IMG/VR virus record: IMGVR_UViG_3300028805_000061 | Reading direction: 5' to 3' (one strand) | DNA length: 64,000 bases | DNA from: a virus | Lineage: Duplodnaviria; Caudoviricetes | Shown here: piece by piece, positions 51,312 to 61,472 of the stretch | How positions within the stretch are numbered: position 1 is the first letter of the stretch | How the letters are laid out: the number at the start of each line of letters is the position of its first letter | The notes under the pieces: model-generated | Databases searched by the model: none | Told to the model about the DNA's origin: nothing | Seen by the model: only the letters and a program-made list of their open reading frames with translations | Program-made: the position numbers and the translations under genes

Positions 51312-51725
51312 TACTTTTGTTTAGCTCTAGAACAATTAAAAGTACTTGTTTTATTTAATTATTCAATTAATAATATAAGTACTTTTTAATGAGGTAAATA
51401 TGATTGTTCAAGATTATTATGTAGATGGTACAGATTTTGAAATAATTAATTGTCCAGCTTATGATAAAAATATTACAGAAGGGGCTTGTAGAGCACGATA
51501 TTGTGAGATTACTTGTAGAAAAAATAAAGATTGTATAATCAAATCTCACATGGTAGCTTTATCAGCATTAGTAAATGTAGCTAAAAGAACACCAATAAGT
51601 GCTGAATATATTGGTGCAATGGCTTGTTTTAATAGTTTTATTATTCAGAGATAATAATAATTTTACGAGATTTCTTTTCTACAATATTAAATTATACTGT
51701 ATAACTTAAAATAAGGAGAAATATT

Positions 51726-51872
51726 ATGGCAGTATTTGAATACGACACTCTAGATTTACCTGGAACAGCAGCTCTTGATCCAGAAAAAACGCTTAAAGAT
51801 ATTGGAGTTACTTTAACTAAAGATGATATAGTTGAAGCTGGTGGTGTAGTAGAAGATAATCAAGAAGGTTAA
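51726..51872 (+). CDS. 48-aa protein paralogous to the N-terminus of the next gene
   Basis: Not in the ORF track. SD AAGGAG; MAVFEYDTLDLPGTAALDPEKTLKDIGVTLTKDDIVEAGGVVEDNQEG. Confidence 0.8.
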   Translation: MAVFEYDTLDLPGTAALDPEKTLKDIGVTLTKDDIVEAGGVVEDNQEG

Positions 51873-51877
51873 GAGAT

Positions 51878-53023
51878 ATGATACTAGGATATAATACATT
51901 GAATCTGCCTAATATCGATGCTCTTGATCCAGAAAAAACGCTTAAAGATATCGGAGTTACTTTAACTAAACAGGATCTGATAGATGCTGGAGGTAAAGTA
52001 AAACCCGATGAACCAGAACCACCCTATGTGGAAGTAGAATCTTTAGAAGATTTAAGTAATTTAATTTCTGGAGAAGAAGCAAAAATATATGCAGAAATAA
52101 AACAAGAATTAGCACTTGCTGCTAATGATAGAATAGTTATTCCAGCTGGTAAAGAAGTAAATCTAAAGATAGATAATAAAATCTCTTGTACTAAAACTGG
52201 TTTCTATGTTGAAGATGGCGGTACTTTGAACTTATCTGGAGAAGGTACTATACAAACTTCAAATAAAAGTACTTCTGGAGCAATGATAGAAGTTAAAGGG
52301 GCAAATGCTATTGTAAATATAGAAGATGTTACACTTGATGCTATTACAGTAAATGGTAAATCTACAAATAATCAAGCTTATGGGATTTATGCAATGGATG
52401 ATGCTTCAATTAATTTTAAATCTGGTACTATTAAATGTGCTTATGGATCTTGTATAAGTACAAATAATACTACTGAAGGAGCTACTGTAATTAATGTAGA
52501 AGGTGGGGAATTATTATGTGATGGTTCTTATGCAATTTACCTCCCTTCACAATCTACAGTAAATATTAAAGGCGATGCTAAAGTACAAGGTATTAATGCT
52601 AGAATGGGCAAATTTAATATTAGTGAAAATGCTCAAATACTACCTACAACCATTACAGAAGCTGATTATGATAATATTGGAAGTAATTTCAATACATCAG
52701 GCTGTGTATGGTTAGGTGATACAATAGCAATAATGGCTGGTACATATACTGATGTAGATGGTACTGAATGTATTTTCAATATTAAAGATAATGCAACGGT
52801 TACAAGCAACTTTAGATCAGCAATTGGTATTTATGAAGTAGATACTAAAGAAGCTCAAGTAGTTACATTCAATGTAGCTAATGCAGCAAATGTTACTACT
52901 AGTGATCAAGGATTTGAAAATATTACAGTTTATAATCATGAATATATAGCTGAACAAGCTCAAGCTGCTGGTAAAACCTACAATCCTTCTGTTCAATCTG
53001 ATGTTACTGTCAATGTAGCTTAG
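51878..53023 (+). CDS. Probable virion decoration/adhesin protein: N-terminal anchor peptide + beta-helix-like domain
   Basis: N-terminal about 40 aa shared with the upstream ORF, Pro/Glu linker, then repetitive beta-rich GTLNLSG.G.I / VINVEGGEL / YAIYLP domain. Confidence 0.6.
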   Translation: MILGYNTLNLPNIDALDPEKTLKDIGVTLTKQDLIDAGGKVKPDEPEPPYVEVESLEDLSNLISGEEAKIYAEIKQELALAANDRIVIPAGKEVNLKIDNKISCTKTGFYVEDGGTLNLSGEGTIQTSNKSTSGAMIEVKGANAIVNIEDVTLDAITVNGKSTNNQAYGIYAMDDASINFKSGTIKCAYGSCISTNNTTEGATVINVEGGELLCDGSYAIYLPSQSTVNIKGDAKVQGINARMGKFNISENAQILPTTITEADYDNIGSNFNTSGCVWLGDTIAIMAGTYTDVDGTECIFNIKDNATVTSNFRSAIGIYEVDTKEAQVVTFNVANAANVTTSDQGFENITVYNHEYIAEQAQAAGKTYNPSVQSDVTVNVA

Positions 53024-53052
53024 TCTCATCCTCTACTTTTCTTTCTATTAAT

Positions 53053-53090
53053 ATAAGAGAAACAGTTTAAATAATTGTTTCTCTTATTTG
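53053..53090 (+). terminator. Intrinsic terminator
   Basis: ataagagaaaca / tgtttctcttat stem. Confidence 0.6.
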
Positions 53091-53135
53091 TGCCTATAAT
53101 TTTAATAGTTAAAAATAATAAATAGGAAACTATAT

Positions 53136-54376
53136 ATGACTAAAGATAATATATGTCCTTTTAGAAATTATAATATTATGTTACCAGGACCTCCTATACC
53201 TAATAATTATTGTGATGTTACTCATAGTTATTGTATATGGCCTTGTGAATATGATAGATGTGATCACTATAAAAAAGCTATTAGGGCTAGAGAAATGTTA
53301 GAGAATATTAAGAAAGAAAACAGTAATGCTTAGAAAAAGATTACAAATACTAGAAAAATCTACAACATTAAAAAGTATAGAAGAGATTGATGATTTTATT
53401 AAAAAAGTGATTACTACTACAAATGGTTGGTTTGATCCAGAAACACTATGGGAAGTAGAAAACCCATATAAAGTAATGAATAGATTACATGAATTAGGAC
53501 TAAAAGTTGATACTTATAAGAAAAAAGATAATAAATTTTCCTTAATAGATTTATCTGTACCTTACAAATTAGTAGAAGTATTAGAAGATGATACTTATAT
53601 AAGTGTTTGTCAATATAATAAAGATAATAAAGATGACAATTTTATGCAAGATTTATTTTTATCACATTGGTTAGATAGACAATGTTATTTTTCTAAGATT
53701 GGACCTCACAATGTTTGCTTTATTTGTAACAAAGGAGGAACTTTAAAAGCTTTTCCAGCAAGTTATATAGTAAAAATAGGATTACAAAATCCTAAAATAT
53801 TTGTAAGTACAAAAGAAGGGATAGAAGAAAAGTATAGAAAGGTTTGTTAAATGAAATTAAGACGATTAACAGATAAAATAGGAATTTTTATTTGGGTTAT
53901 AGGTATATTTGTTGTACTATTAACTATAGTGGACATAGTATTTAAACCATTTTCACAATTTTGTATAATCCCTATTCAAGTATTAGGAGTAGCTATACAG
54001 TTGTTATTAATTATAGTAGGGTGTAGAGCTTTTGATAAAAGATGGAAGTTTTCTTCAAAAGTAAGTGATGCTGTATTAACTTGTTATTTTGTTCAAAATG
54101 CTATGCCTACATTAAAAGCTATAGAAGACTATAAAGAGGAGTTAAGAAAGAAGAAAGATGAATAAGTATAAAAATTTAGAGATGTATAAAAAATGTTTTG
54201 TAGAATTTGTTAACAGTTCTGGTAAAAAGTTAGCATTATCTACTCATAATCAAAATAAATATCCTTATTTATTAATTGAATCAGGAGAAGGTAAATATAA
54301 TATTGTAGGAAGAGTAACTAAACCAGAAAAATTAGTAGAATGGTTGAAAGGAGCTAGTTTTAATGAACAAGGGTAA
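53136..54376 (+). CDS. Cluster of small hypothetical proteins (53136-53333, 53326-53850, 53851-54165 membrane, 54158-54376)
   Basis: Coupled plus-strand ORFs. Confidence 0.55.
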
Positions 54377-54767
54377 TAGTCCAGAGAATTATATATTTGT
54401 ACCAGGTACAAAAGCTTATGCTATTCATTTAGGGAGAAGAGATTTAAAAGAAAAATGTAAAGCTTGTAATGGTAAAGGTGAAATAATTTTAGATGGGAAA
54501 AGTTATACTTGTCCAGCTTGTTCTGGTTGGGGCTTCCATCATGTTAAGACACCTGATGAATGGTTACTTACTTATGAAATGCCTAAGGAAATTACTCAGA
54601 TAAATATTAGAGAAAAAGAAATACATTATTTTTTCGGTTGTAATGGTTATAATCAAACTGATGTTTTCCTCACTAGAAAAGAAGCTATAAAAGAAATAAA
54701 TAAAAGAAATAAAAAATTGCAACAAATTCAAGATGCAAAGGAGGCACTAAAAGTATATGAAAACTAA
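54363..54767 (+). CDS. DnaJ-type CxxCxGxG zinc-finger protein
   Basis: CKACNGKG...CPACSGWG. Confidence 0.7.
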   Translation: MNKGNSPENYIFVPGTKAYAIHLGRRDLKEKCKACNGKGEIILDGKSYTCPACSGWGFHHVKTPDEWLLTYEMPKEITQINIREKEIHYFFGCNGYNQTDVFLTRKEAIKEINKRNKKLQQIQDAKEALKVYEN

Positions 54768-55418
54768 AATGGGTATTGATTATATTATGAGAGTAAAAAA
54801 TATAGTTAGATATGCTATTAAAGAACTCTCAGATGGAAAAACTTTTTATAATGAATATTTTAAAGGTAATGAATATTCTATATTAAGTAGAGCTGATAGA
54901 GCTTTATTCATTCTTTCACAAATAGATGGTAATTCTGAATTAGGTCAACCAGAAAATATACCAGCAAGATTAGAACATTTGATAAAAGGATTGAATAATG
55001 AATAGAAATAAGAGAATAATAGATTGCACTCCAAATGAAATATTTAATTTAGGTAAACAGCTTATTGATTATTATTTTGAGAAGAAAAATTATGTAGTAA
55101 GTCAAGATCCTATGGATATATTAAGAAAAATAACACAACATAAACCACAATTTAGAGAAGGAGAAATAGTATGCCAAGATCAAAAGGGACTTTAAATTTA
55201 TATTTTGGATTTCTTCATGAGTCCATATCAAAACAAGTAAAAGAAGAAGGTTATTATTTACCAGAAGAAAAATCTAAATATTTTGATAAATGTTTTGATG
55301 CTATAAATCAATTAAAGTTTTTAATAACTGATTCACAATATTCAGCTATATGTAAAAGACTAAATAAAGAAGTCCATAAAACGGTGGAACAATATTTAAT
55401 GGATGAGAAATTAAAATA

Positions 55419-55835
55419 ATGTATAAAATATATACTAGTTATTTTAGACACAAACAAGTAAAGAAATGGCAACAACCTTCTAGTGATAGACCTTTATTAA
55501 TTCCTATTTGTAGAGGACTAACTAGACTAGATACAGATTTATATTATAGTTGGTATAGGGAATTAGCACCCTCAGAGGAATTACTTACCAGATACAATAA
55601 TGTAAGAATCAAATGCCCTAAAATAAGAAAATGGTTTACTGAGAAATATTTAGAAGAGCTTGATGAGCTTAGATATAATGGACTCTTAGAAAAATTTGTA
55701 AAAGAATTTCAGCATTTAGTAAAATATAATGATGTGATTTTACTATGTTATGAAAAAAGTTCAGAATTCTGTCATAGACATATTTTAGCTTCTTATCTGA
55801 AGAAATATTACAATTTAGATATCCTAGAATATTAA
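55419..55835 (+). CDS. DUF488 family protein
   Basis: KIYTSYF, ELAPS.ELL, LLCYEK..EFCHRHILA. Confidence 0.85.
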   Translation: MYKIYTSYFRHKQVKKWQQPSSDRPLLIPICRGLTRLDTDLYYSWYRELAPSEELLTRYNNVRIKCPKIRKWFTEKYLEELDELRYNGLLEKFVKEFQHLVKYNDVILLCYEKSSEFCHRHILASYLKKYYNLDILEY

Positions 55836-55873
55836 ATTTATTTATAAAATATTTTAAAGGTTAAGGGAAATAA

Positions 55874-56302
55874 ATGTCAGAACAAGATAGTGAGTGCAGA
55901 ATAGATCATAATATGTTAGAGTATTCAATAAATAGACTAACAGAAAAAATAGACGGTATTACTTCTTCTCTAGCAGAAATGAATACTGGCTTACGAGTAA
56001 TGGACTCTAAAGTAGATGATTTTTCTTATAGATTGAAAAAAGTTGAAGAAAGAGATGCTCAAGTACAAAGTTTAATACAAAAAGTAGACATTATTGTGAA
56101 AAAACTTGAGCCAGATGTAGATAGAATTGCTGAAAAACAAAGAAATTTTGAAGATTTGACTAAAGAAGAAGAACATAAATTTGATACCAGATTAACAAAG
56201 ATTGAGAATAATTGGGGTTGGGTAGTAGCTATAGCTGGTATTAGTTCTGGTATAATAGTTGCTGTTGCTCAACATATAATACTACAAATATTTTTTAAAT
56301 AG
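55874..56302 (+). CDS. Coiled-coil protein with C-terminal TM helix (XhlA/holin-like)
   Basis: RLTKIENNWGWVVAIAGISSGIIVAV. Confidence 0.55.
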   Translation: MSEQDSECRIDHNMLEYSINRLTEKIDGITSSLAEMNTGLRVMDSKVDDFSYRLKKVEERDAQVQSLIQKVDIIVKKLEPDVDRIAEKQRNFEDLTKEEEHKFDTRLTKIENNWGWVVAIAGISSGIIVAVAQHIILQIFFK

Positions 56303-56310
56303 GAGAAATA

Positions 56311-56694
56311 ATGGATAATAGAACTTTGATTGAATCTTTAGAATACCATGTTAATATTTTTGAAGAAGAGTCTAAATTGAAAAATGTTGCTGTAGTAGGG
56401 GGTGGAGCAGTTACTGGAGGTTTAGCCGGTAGAGCTATAGGGAGGGGTATAGGTAAACTCCAAGGTGCTAATAAAATAGCTAATACTGTAGCAAAAAATA
56501 GAACTGCTGATATAGCCAAAAAAGCAGTTGGACTAAGTGCTAAAAGTTCTATTAAAGGCCAAATCTTAAAACAGGCTCCTACTATAGGTAAAGGTATACA
56601 AAAACTAGGTAAAGCAGGAGCATTAGGAGGAGCTATAGCTGGAGGAGTTTTAGCAAAGAAAGCTTATGATCACTTTAAGAATAAAAAGAAATAA
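56311..56694 (+). CDS. Glycine-zipper basic protein with acidic leader (possible internal virion protein)
   Basis: Acidic N-terminus ending IFEEES, two GxxxG-rich helices, K-rich remainder. Confidence 0.55.
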   Translation: MDNRTLIESLEYHVNIFEEESKLKNVAVVGGGAVTGGLAGRAIGRGIGKLQGANKIANTVAKNRTADIAKKAVGLSAKSSIKGQILKQAPTIGKGIQKLGKAGALGGAIAGGVLAKKAYDHFKNKKK

Positions 56695-56872
56695 TAAACA
56701 ATGCTAGAACAAGACAAAATTAATTATTCTACACCTGATTTAGAAAAAATAAATTCTAAATCTCTTTTATTAGATAGTGAAAAACCTAAACAAAAGAAAA
56801 GATTCGGCTTTTCATTTTTCTATAATATATTTAATAAATCCTTCAAAATTAATTTTAAATGGAGAATTTAAT

Positions 56873-57550
56873 ATGCCAACAGATAAATCTTTAGTTAAAG
56901 ACTATTTATATCAACAATATGAAATGGCTCCAGAAGAAGCTGAAAGACATGAAATATTTGTTGAACGTGAATTAGCTAGATTAGAAAAAGAGTTTTGGCG
57001 TAAACATAAAAAATTACCAAAAAGAGAAACAGTAGTGGGAGTTGCTTTTTCTCCAGTACCTATATCAAGACACAGAATTATAGAACCACAAGATTATAAA
57101 AATATTTTAAATTATAAAACTAGATACTCTTTAGCAGATGATAAAAAAGAATTTCCTTCAATATTTGACAATGAGTTTGTATTTGGAATAAAAACTACTA
57201 AAAGAGTATTAATTGGTAGAGTTTATAAAAGGTATAGATGGAACAATGCTGATATTATAGGAATTATTCAACTTATTGCAATGTGTTCTAAAGATGATAG
57301 AAGAATAATTCTTGCTTCAGGTTTACATGATTTCCTTTTAGAATATAAATATGAGATATATAATAAGTGGTTTGAACAAGACAGTTCATTAAGTGTTGAT
57401 GAATTTAGGTGGATTACAAGTGATACATTTAGATGGCTTTGTGAAGAACAGGGTTTTAGACACAGTAAAGCTGTTGCTATGGCTAATATAATGGATTGTT
57501 TTCAAAAACATATAGAGAAAAAGAAATGGGACATAGAAATTGAATCCTAA
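56873..57550 (+). CDS. DUF1353-like protein
   Basis: YRWNNADI...ASGLHDFL...SDTFR...GF resembles DUF1353 (F..DgAsi...vlHD.lY...aD.iF). SD GGAG before ATG 56873. Confidence 0.5.
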   Translation: MPTDKSLVKDYLYQQYEMAPEEAERHEIFVERELARLEKEFWRKHKKLPKRETVVGVAFSPVPISRHRIIEPQDYKNILNYKTRYSLADDKKEFPSIFDNEFVFGIKTTKRVLIGRVYKRYRWNNADIIGIIQLIAMCSKDDRRIILASGLHDFLLEYKYEIYNKWFEQDSSLSVDEFRWITSDTFRWLCEEQGFRHSKAVAMANIMDCFQKHIEKKKWDIEIES

Positions 57551-57827
57551 AATTGAAAAAGAAATAAAGAAAGCAGTAGACAATAAAATAATAAGTTGGG
57601 CTTTTATCGAATATCTAAAACATTGTGAAAGAGAAATAAGAGCTAAAATTGTAGAAAAAATTATAATGTATACTTTAGGTTCATTTTTTACATTTAATAT
57701 TCTTAATTTTATTTTCAGAAAAGAAATAGCTGAGATGATAGATGATGTTCAGAACTTAACTAAAGATAAGTTATCTGCTTTTATTGATAAATTAAAGAGA
57801 TTTAGAGCTAAAAAACATAGTAAATAA
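57540..57827 (+). CDS. Small membrane protein
   Basis: Single TM segment. Confidence 0.5.
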   Translation: MNPKIEKEIKKAVDNKIISWAFIEYLKHCEREIRAKIVEKIIMYTLGSFFTFNILNFIFRKEIAEMIDDVQNLTKDKLSAFIDKLKRFRAKKHSK

Positions 57828-57846
57828 AAAGTATAGGGAGAATTTC

Positions 57847-58383
57847 ATGAATTATCATGATATTACTAAGTGTGATATGCTTAATGGGGATGGTTTAAGA
57901 GTAGTTTTATGGGTTTCTGGTTGTAGTCATCATTGTAAAGGTTGTCAAAATCCACAAACTTGGGATGGAAATTCTGGAATTCTCTTTGATGAAAAAGCTA
58001 AACAAGAATTAATTGAAGCTTTAAAACCAGATTATATTAGTGGTATTACCTTTTCTGGGGGTGATCCACTATATTTATACCACAGAAGAGAAATTTTAGA
58101 GCTAATTAAGGAGCTTAAAATTTTATTTCCTATTAAAACTATATGGCTTTATACTGGTTTTACTTTAGAAGAAATAATACAGTGGCCTATAGGAAAAGAA
58201 TTACTTTCTTTAATTGATGTTTTAGTAGATGGAAGATTTATTTTAGAAGAAAGAGATCCTAATTTACAATGGGTGGGGTCACCTAATCAAAGAGTTATTG
58301 ATGTACAAAAAACTCTCCAATCTTCACATATAATAAAACATTGTGAAGTATACTACGATAGTTATAAGGGTAAGAGATATTAA
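57847..58383 (+). CDS. nrdG: Anaerobic ribonucleotide reductase activase (radical SAM)
   Basis: DMLNGDGLRVVLWVSGCSHHCKGCQN, GITFSGGDPL, IWLYTG, DVLVDGRF, GSPNQRVID. Confidence 0.95.
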   Translation: MNYHDITKCDMLNGDGLRVVLWVSGCSHHCKGCQNPQTWDGNSGILFDEKAKQELIEALKPDYISGITFSGGDPLYLYHRREILELIKELKILFPIKTIWLYTGFTLEEIIQWPIGKELLSLIDVLVDGRFILEERDPNLQWVGSPNQRVIDVQKTLQSSHIIKHCEVYYDSYKGKRY

Positions 58384-58416
58384 ATAAAAAGAGGAAGTAG
58401 ATAATTATCTACTTCC
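58382..58416 (-). terminator. Terminator of the minus-strand RCC1 gene
   Basis: Perfect 24-bp palindrome ggaagtagataattatctacttcc (58393-58416) with the T-tract on the minus strand. Confidence 0.7.
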
Positions 58417-58450
58417 AAAGAAGTTTGGTAAAATATTTTGAAGTTCCTCC

Positions 58451-59080
58451 TTAATTTCGCTTTGTGAAGGTTAAAATATCTGTTGTATCACCATTACCCT
58501 GCTGACTATAGCGATTATATCCACAACCATAAAGTTCACCATCGTTAGTTAAGTACCATGTTGTTGTATTTGAACAAGCAAAATCTTTTACATTACTTGC
58601 TCTTTGAGTAAACCTTGTAACATCTGTTGTATCGCCTGAACCTTGTTGACCGTAATTATTCCATCCACAACCATAAAGTTCACCATCGTTAGTTAGATAC
58701 CATGTAACGCTACTTGAACAAGCAACTTGTGCTACATTACTTGCTCTTTGAGTAAAATGTCTAACACTTGATGTATTTCCTGAACCTTGTTGGCCATAGT
58801 TATTACCTCCACAACCATATAATTCACCGTTGTTAGTTAGATACCATGTTGTTATATCTTGGCCAATAATTTGTGCTACGTTACTTGCACGTTGGGTAAA
58901 GGTTAAAACATTCGCTGAACTTCCTGAACCTTGTTGATAATAGTAACTATATCCACAACCATAAAGTTTACCATCGTTAGTTACATACCAAGTTGTATAA
59001 TCTGAGCAAGCAAAATCTTTTACACCACCGGCAATTTTTCGAAATCCTCCAAGGGGTTCCAATTTTGTTTTTATACCCAT
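58451..59080 (-). CDS. RCC1/BLIP-II-like repeat protein (4 repeats), paralogue of 19543-20763
   Basis: Same N-terminus MGIKTKLEPLGGF.KIAGGV, four 48-aa repeats, same end TFTKR. SD AGGAGGTG. Confidence 0.9.
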   Translation of the reverse strand: MGIKTKLEPLGGFRKIAGGVKDFACSDYTTWYVTNDGKLYGCGYSYYYQQGSGSSANVLTFTQRASNVAQIIGQDITTWYLTNNGELYGCGGNNYGQQGSGNTSSVRHFTQRASNVAQVACSSSVTWYLTNDGELYGCGWNNYGQQGSGDTTDVTRFTQRASNVKDFACSNTTTWYLTNDGELYGCGYNRYSQQGNGDTTDILTFTKRN

Positions 59081-59236
59081 AATAATTCACCTCCTAAAAT
59101 ATTTTATCAACATAAAAATACCAGTTAAAAAAAATCCTATATAGGACACTCGAAAAAGCTTTATCTTTTTAACAAAAAGAAAACATTTTTTTCATTTCTA
59201 TATATACTTATAAATAATTCAAATAGGAGAAAAGAA

Positions 59237-60037
59237 ATGAAGATAGATAAATTTCCATCTAGAATTCAAAGTATAATAGAAGAATTTGAATCAAAAGAAA
59301 ATCAGAAAAGATGGAGATATCTTTTAAAGATAGGTAATAAGACATTAGTAGCATCAAGAATAGAATTCAATGAAAATACAAATGAAGCATTTGTAAAATA
59401 TTCAGCGTCATCTTCAAATGGTTATAAAATAAATCCTTTATTCATTGAAAAGCTTTCTGATATACAAATAGAAAAAACAAATATTATTAGAAAGAAATTA
59501 GGATTAAGAGCACCATTAAAAAGAAGACCGATAGAAAGAGATGAATTAGGAATTCCCATTAAAAAACCAAGAAGAGAGAAAAAGAATAAAGAATTATCAG
59601 AATTAGAATTTAAAGCAATGTTTGACCCAAGATTTATTTCTAGTGAAACAAGAGATGAATTATTTGAAGAGAAAAATCTTTCTGGAGGAGCAAGATTACC
59701 AAAGAAAGCATTTAAAAAGATAAAACCTGAATTTAGAGAAGCCGTAAAATCTTTCCTTTCTAAATATATAGATTTACATACTATTACAGCTGATTATAAA
59801 AGAGATAATTATGGAACACTTTCATTAATAGTAGGAAAAACTTTTACTAATAATGGACAAATTGATCCCAGATTTAAAACATATAAAAGCTTTACTTTAA
59901 TACATAGACAAGGTAAACCTTATGTAAAAGTAATTCAGAATTCAGTGAAAACTGGAACAGATACTATATTTTATTTAATAAATGAAGATACTTTATTACA
60001 AGTTAGTAAAAGTCTTAGGTACAGAAATCGTGGTTAA
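59237..60037 (+). CDS. Basic hypothetical protein
   Basis: 266-aa ORF with SD AGGAG. Confidence 0.6.
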   Translation: MKIDKFPSRIQSIIEEFESKENQKRWRYLLKIGNKTLVASRIEFNENTNEAFVKYSASSSNGYKINPLFIEKLSDIQIEKTNIIRKKLGLRAPLKRRPIERDELGIPIKKPRREKKNKELSELEFKAMFDPRFISSETRDELFEEKNLSGGARLPKKAFKKIKPEFREAVKSFLSKYIDLHTITADYKRDNYGTLSLIVGKTFTNNGQIDPRFKTYKSFTLIHRQGKPYVKVIQNSVKTGTDTIFYLINEDTLLQVSKSLRYRNRG

Positions 60038-60200
60038 AGGAGGGTAAACAATGTCAAATGAACAAAATAATTTAAACATTAGAGAAATTGTAAAAGAAGT
60101 TGTTAAAGAAGAAATTAAACCCGAATTAGAAAAAATGAAACAACAACAAACTCAACATTTACAAGAAGGTAATATGTATTTGAATGAATAAAGGAATTTT

Positions 60201-61401
60201 ATGGAAGAAAAACAATTAGTTCCAGTACAAGAAAGAACTCTTAGGATATATAAACCCTTTATAAGATGTGCTACTTGTGTTAGAAATATAGATGGACAAA
60301 AAATGCAACATGGTTTTTATTCTAAGACATATTGTAATCAATTTAAAGAAACGAGACAAGATCAATACAGTGCCGATTATAATATAGAAAAAGATAGAAA
60401 ACTTGCACAACATTGTAAATATTATTTACCAGAAATAGGTACTATTGCTGATTTAACATATCTTGAACCTTACGAAATAGTAGATGATATGTTTAAATTA
60501 GATAAAGAACATGCTAAAAATTTAAGTGATTTATTTGGTAATAAGTTAAATAATTAGATTTTAATATATTTAATAATATTTATATAAATAATAATGATTA
60601 AATATAAGGAGTTAATTTATAATGACTATTTTTAATGGCTTACTAATAATAGCAACTATTTTATTTGTAGATCTTATTATAAACTATTTTTTAATAAATT
60701 ATAGTAATAAAAAATTTGAGAAATATCAAAATAAAATAGATGAATTAGAAAAAGATAATAGAAAATGTTTTGAACAAATTTCAGGTTTGTTAAATACTTC
60801 TGGTAAAACTATAAAATTAATTCAAAAATTTAAAAATCAATCAGGAAATAAATTTCAGAAAATAGATGAAGATTTAAAATCTATTATGAGAATGCATAAT
60901 GATTTAGTAGATATAGTTTATGAAAGTTTTGCTAATGTATATTGTGATCTTAATGAAGAAGATTGTTCTATTTGTGAATATTATGATAGATGTTCTAAAA
61001 GAGATTCCAGTAAAGAAAATGGATTTATAACTTATACAAAAGAACATCCCTCTGAAGATTCTTGTATAGCTTGTAATAGACCTATTAGTTATTCTTCAAT
61101 AATAATAGACCCAAATGATAAAGATTATTTGACTAAGTTAAAATCTACAATGTATAATTCAGGAGTACCAGAACAAGTAATTAGTCATTATTTAACATAT
61201 ATTAAGGCTCTATTAGAAAAATTGAATCTAGAAGGAAAATATATGGAAATTGCTTGGAATTTTAAAGAAACTGATGTAGTCAAAGGGGCTGGAATTATTA
61301 CTAATAAACCTATAGATAAAAATGAAATAGATAAAGAAAAACTAATAGATCCTAATTCAAAAATAGTTAAATCTTTAAATAAACTATATAAACAAGATTG
61401 A
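60201..61401 (+). CDS. Two hypothetical Cys-containing proteins (60201-60557; 60622-61401, TM plus coiled coil)
   Basis: Plus-strand ORFs with SD sites. Confidence 0.55.
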
Positions 61402-61439
61402 TTTATCATTACACTAAAATTCAGAATTCCAGCAATAAT

Positions 61440-61472
61440 AAAACCCTCTATAATATTAAAGGGTTTTTCTTT
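61440..61472 (+). terminator. Intrinsic terminator
   Basis: aaaaccct...agggtttt followed by tcttt. Confidence 0.65.

Noticed and set aside
19543-59080. Complete diversity-generating retroelement with the second RCC1 gene as template repeat
   Set aside because: No reverse transcriptase is in the window. The second copy is an intact gene with SD and terminator, is not AAY-enriched, and differs at many non-adenine positions.
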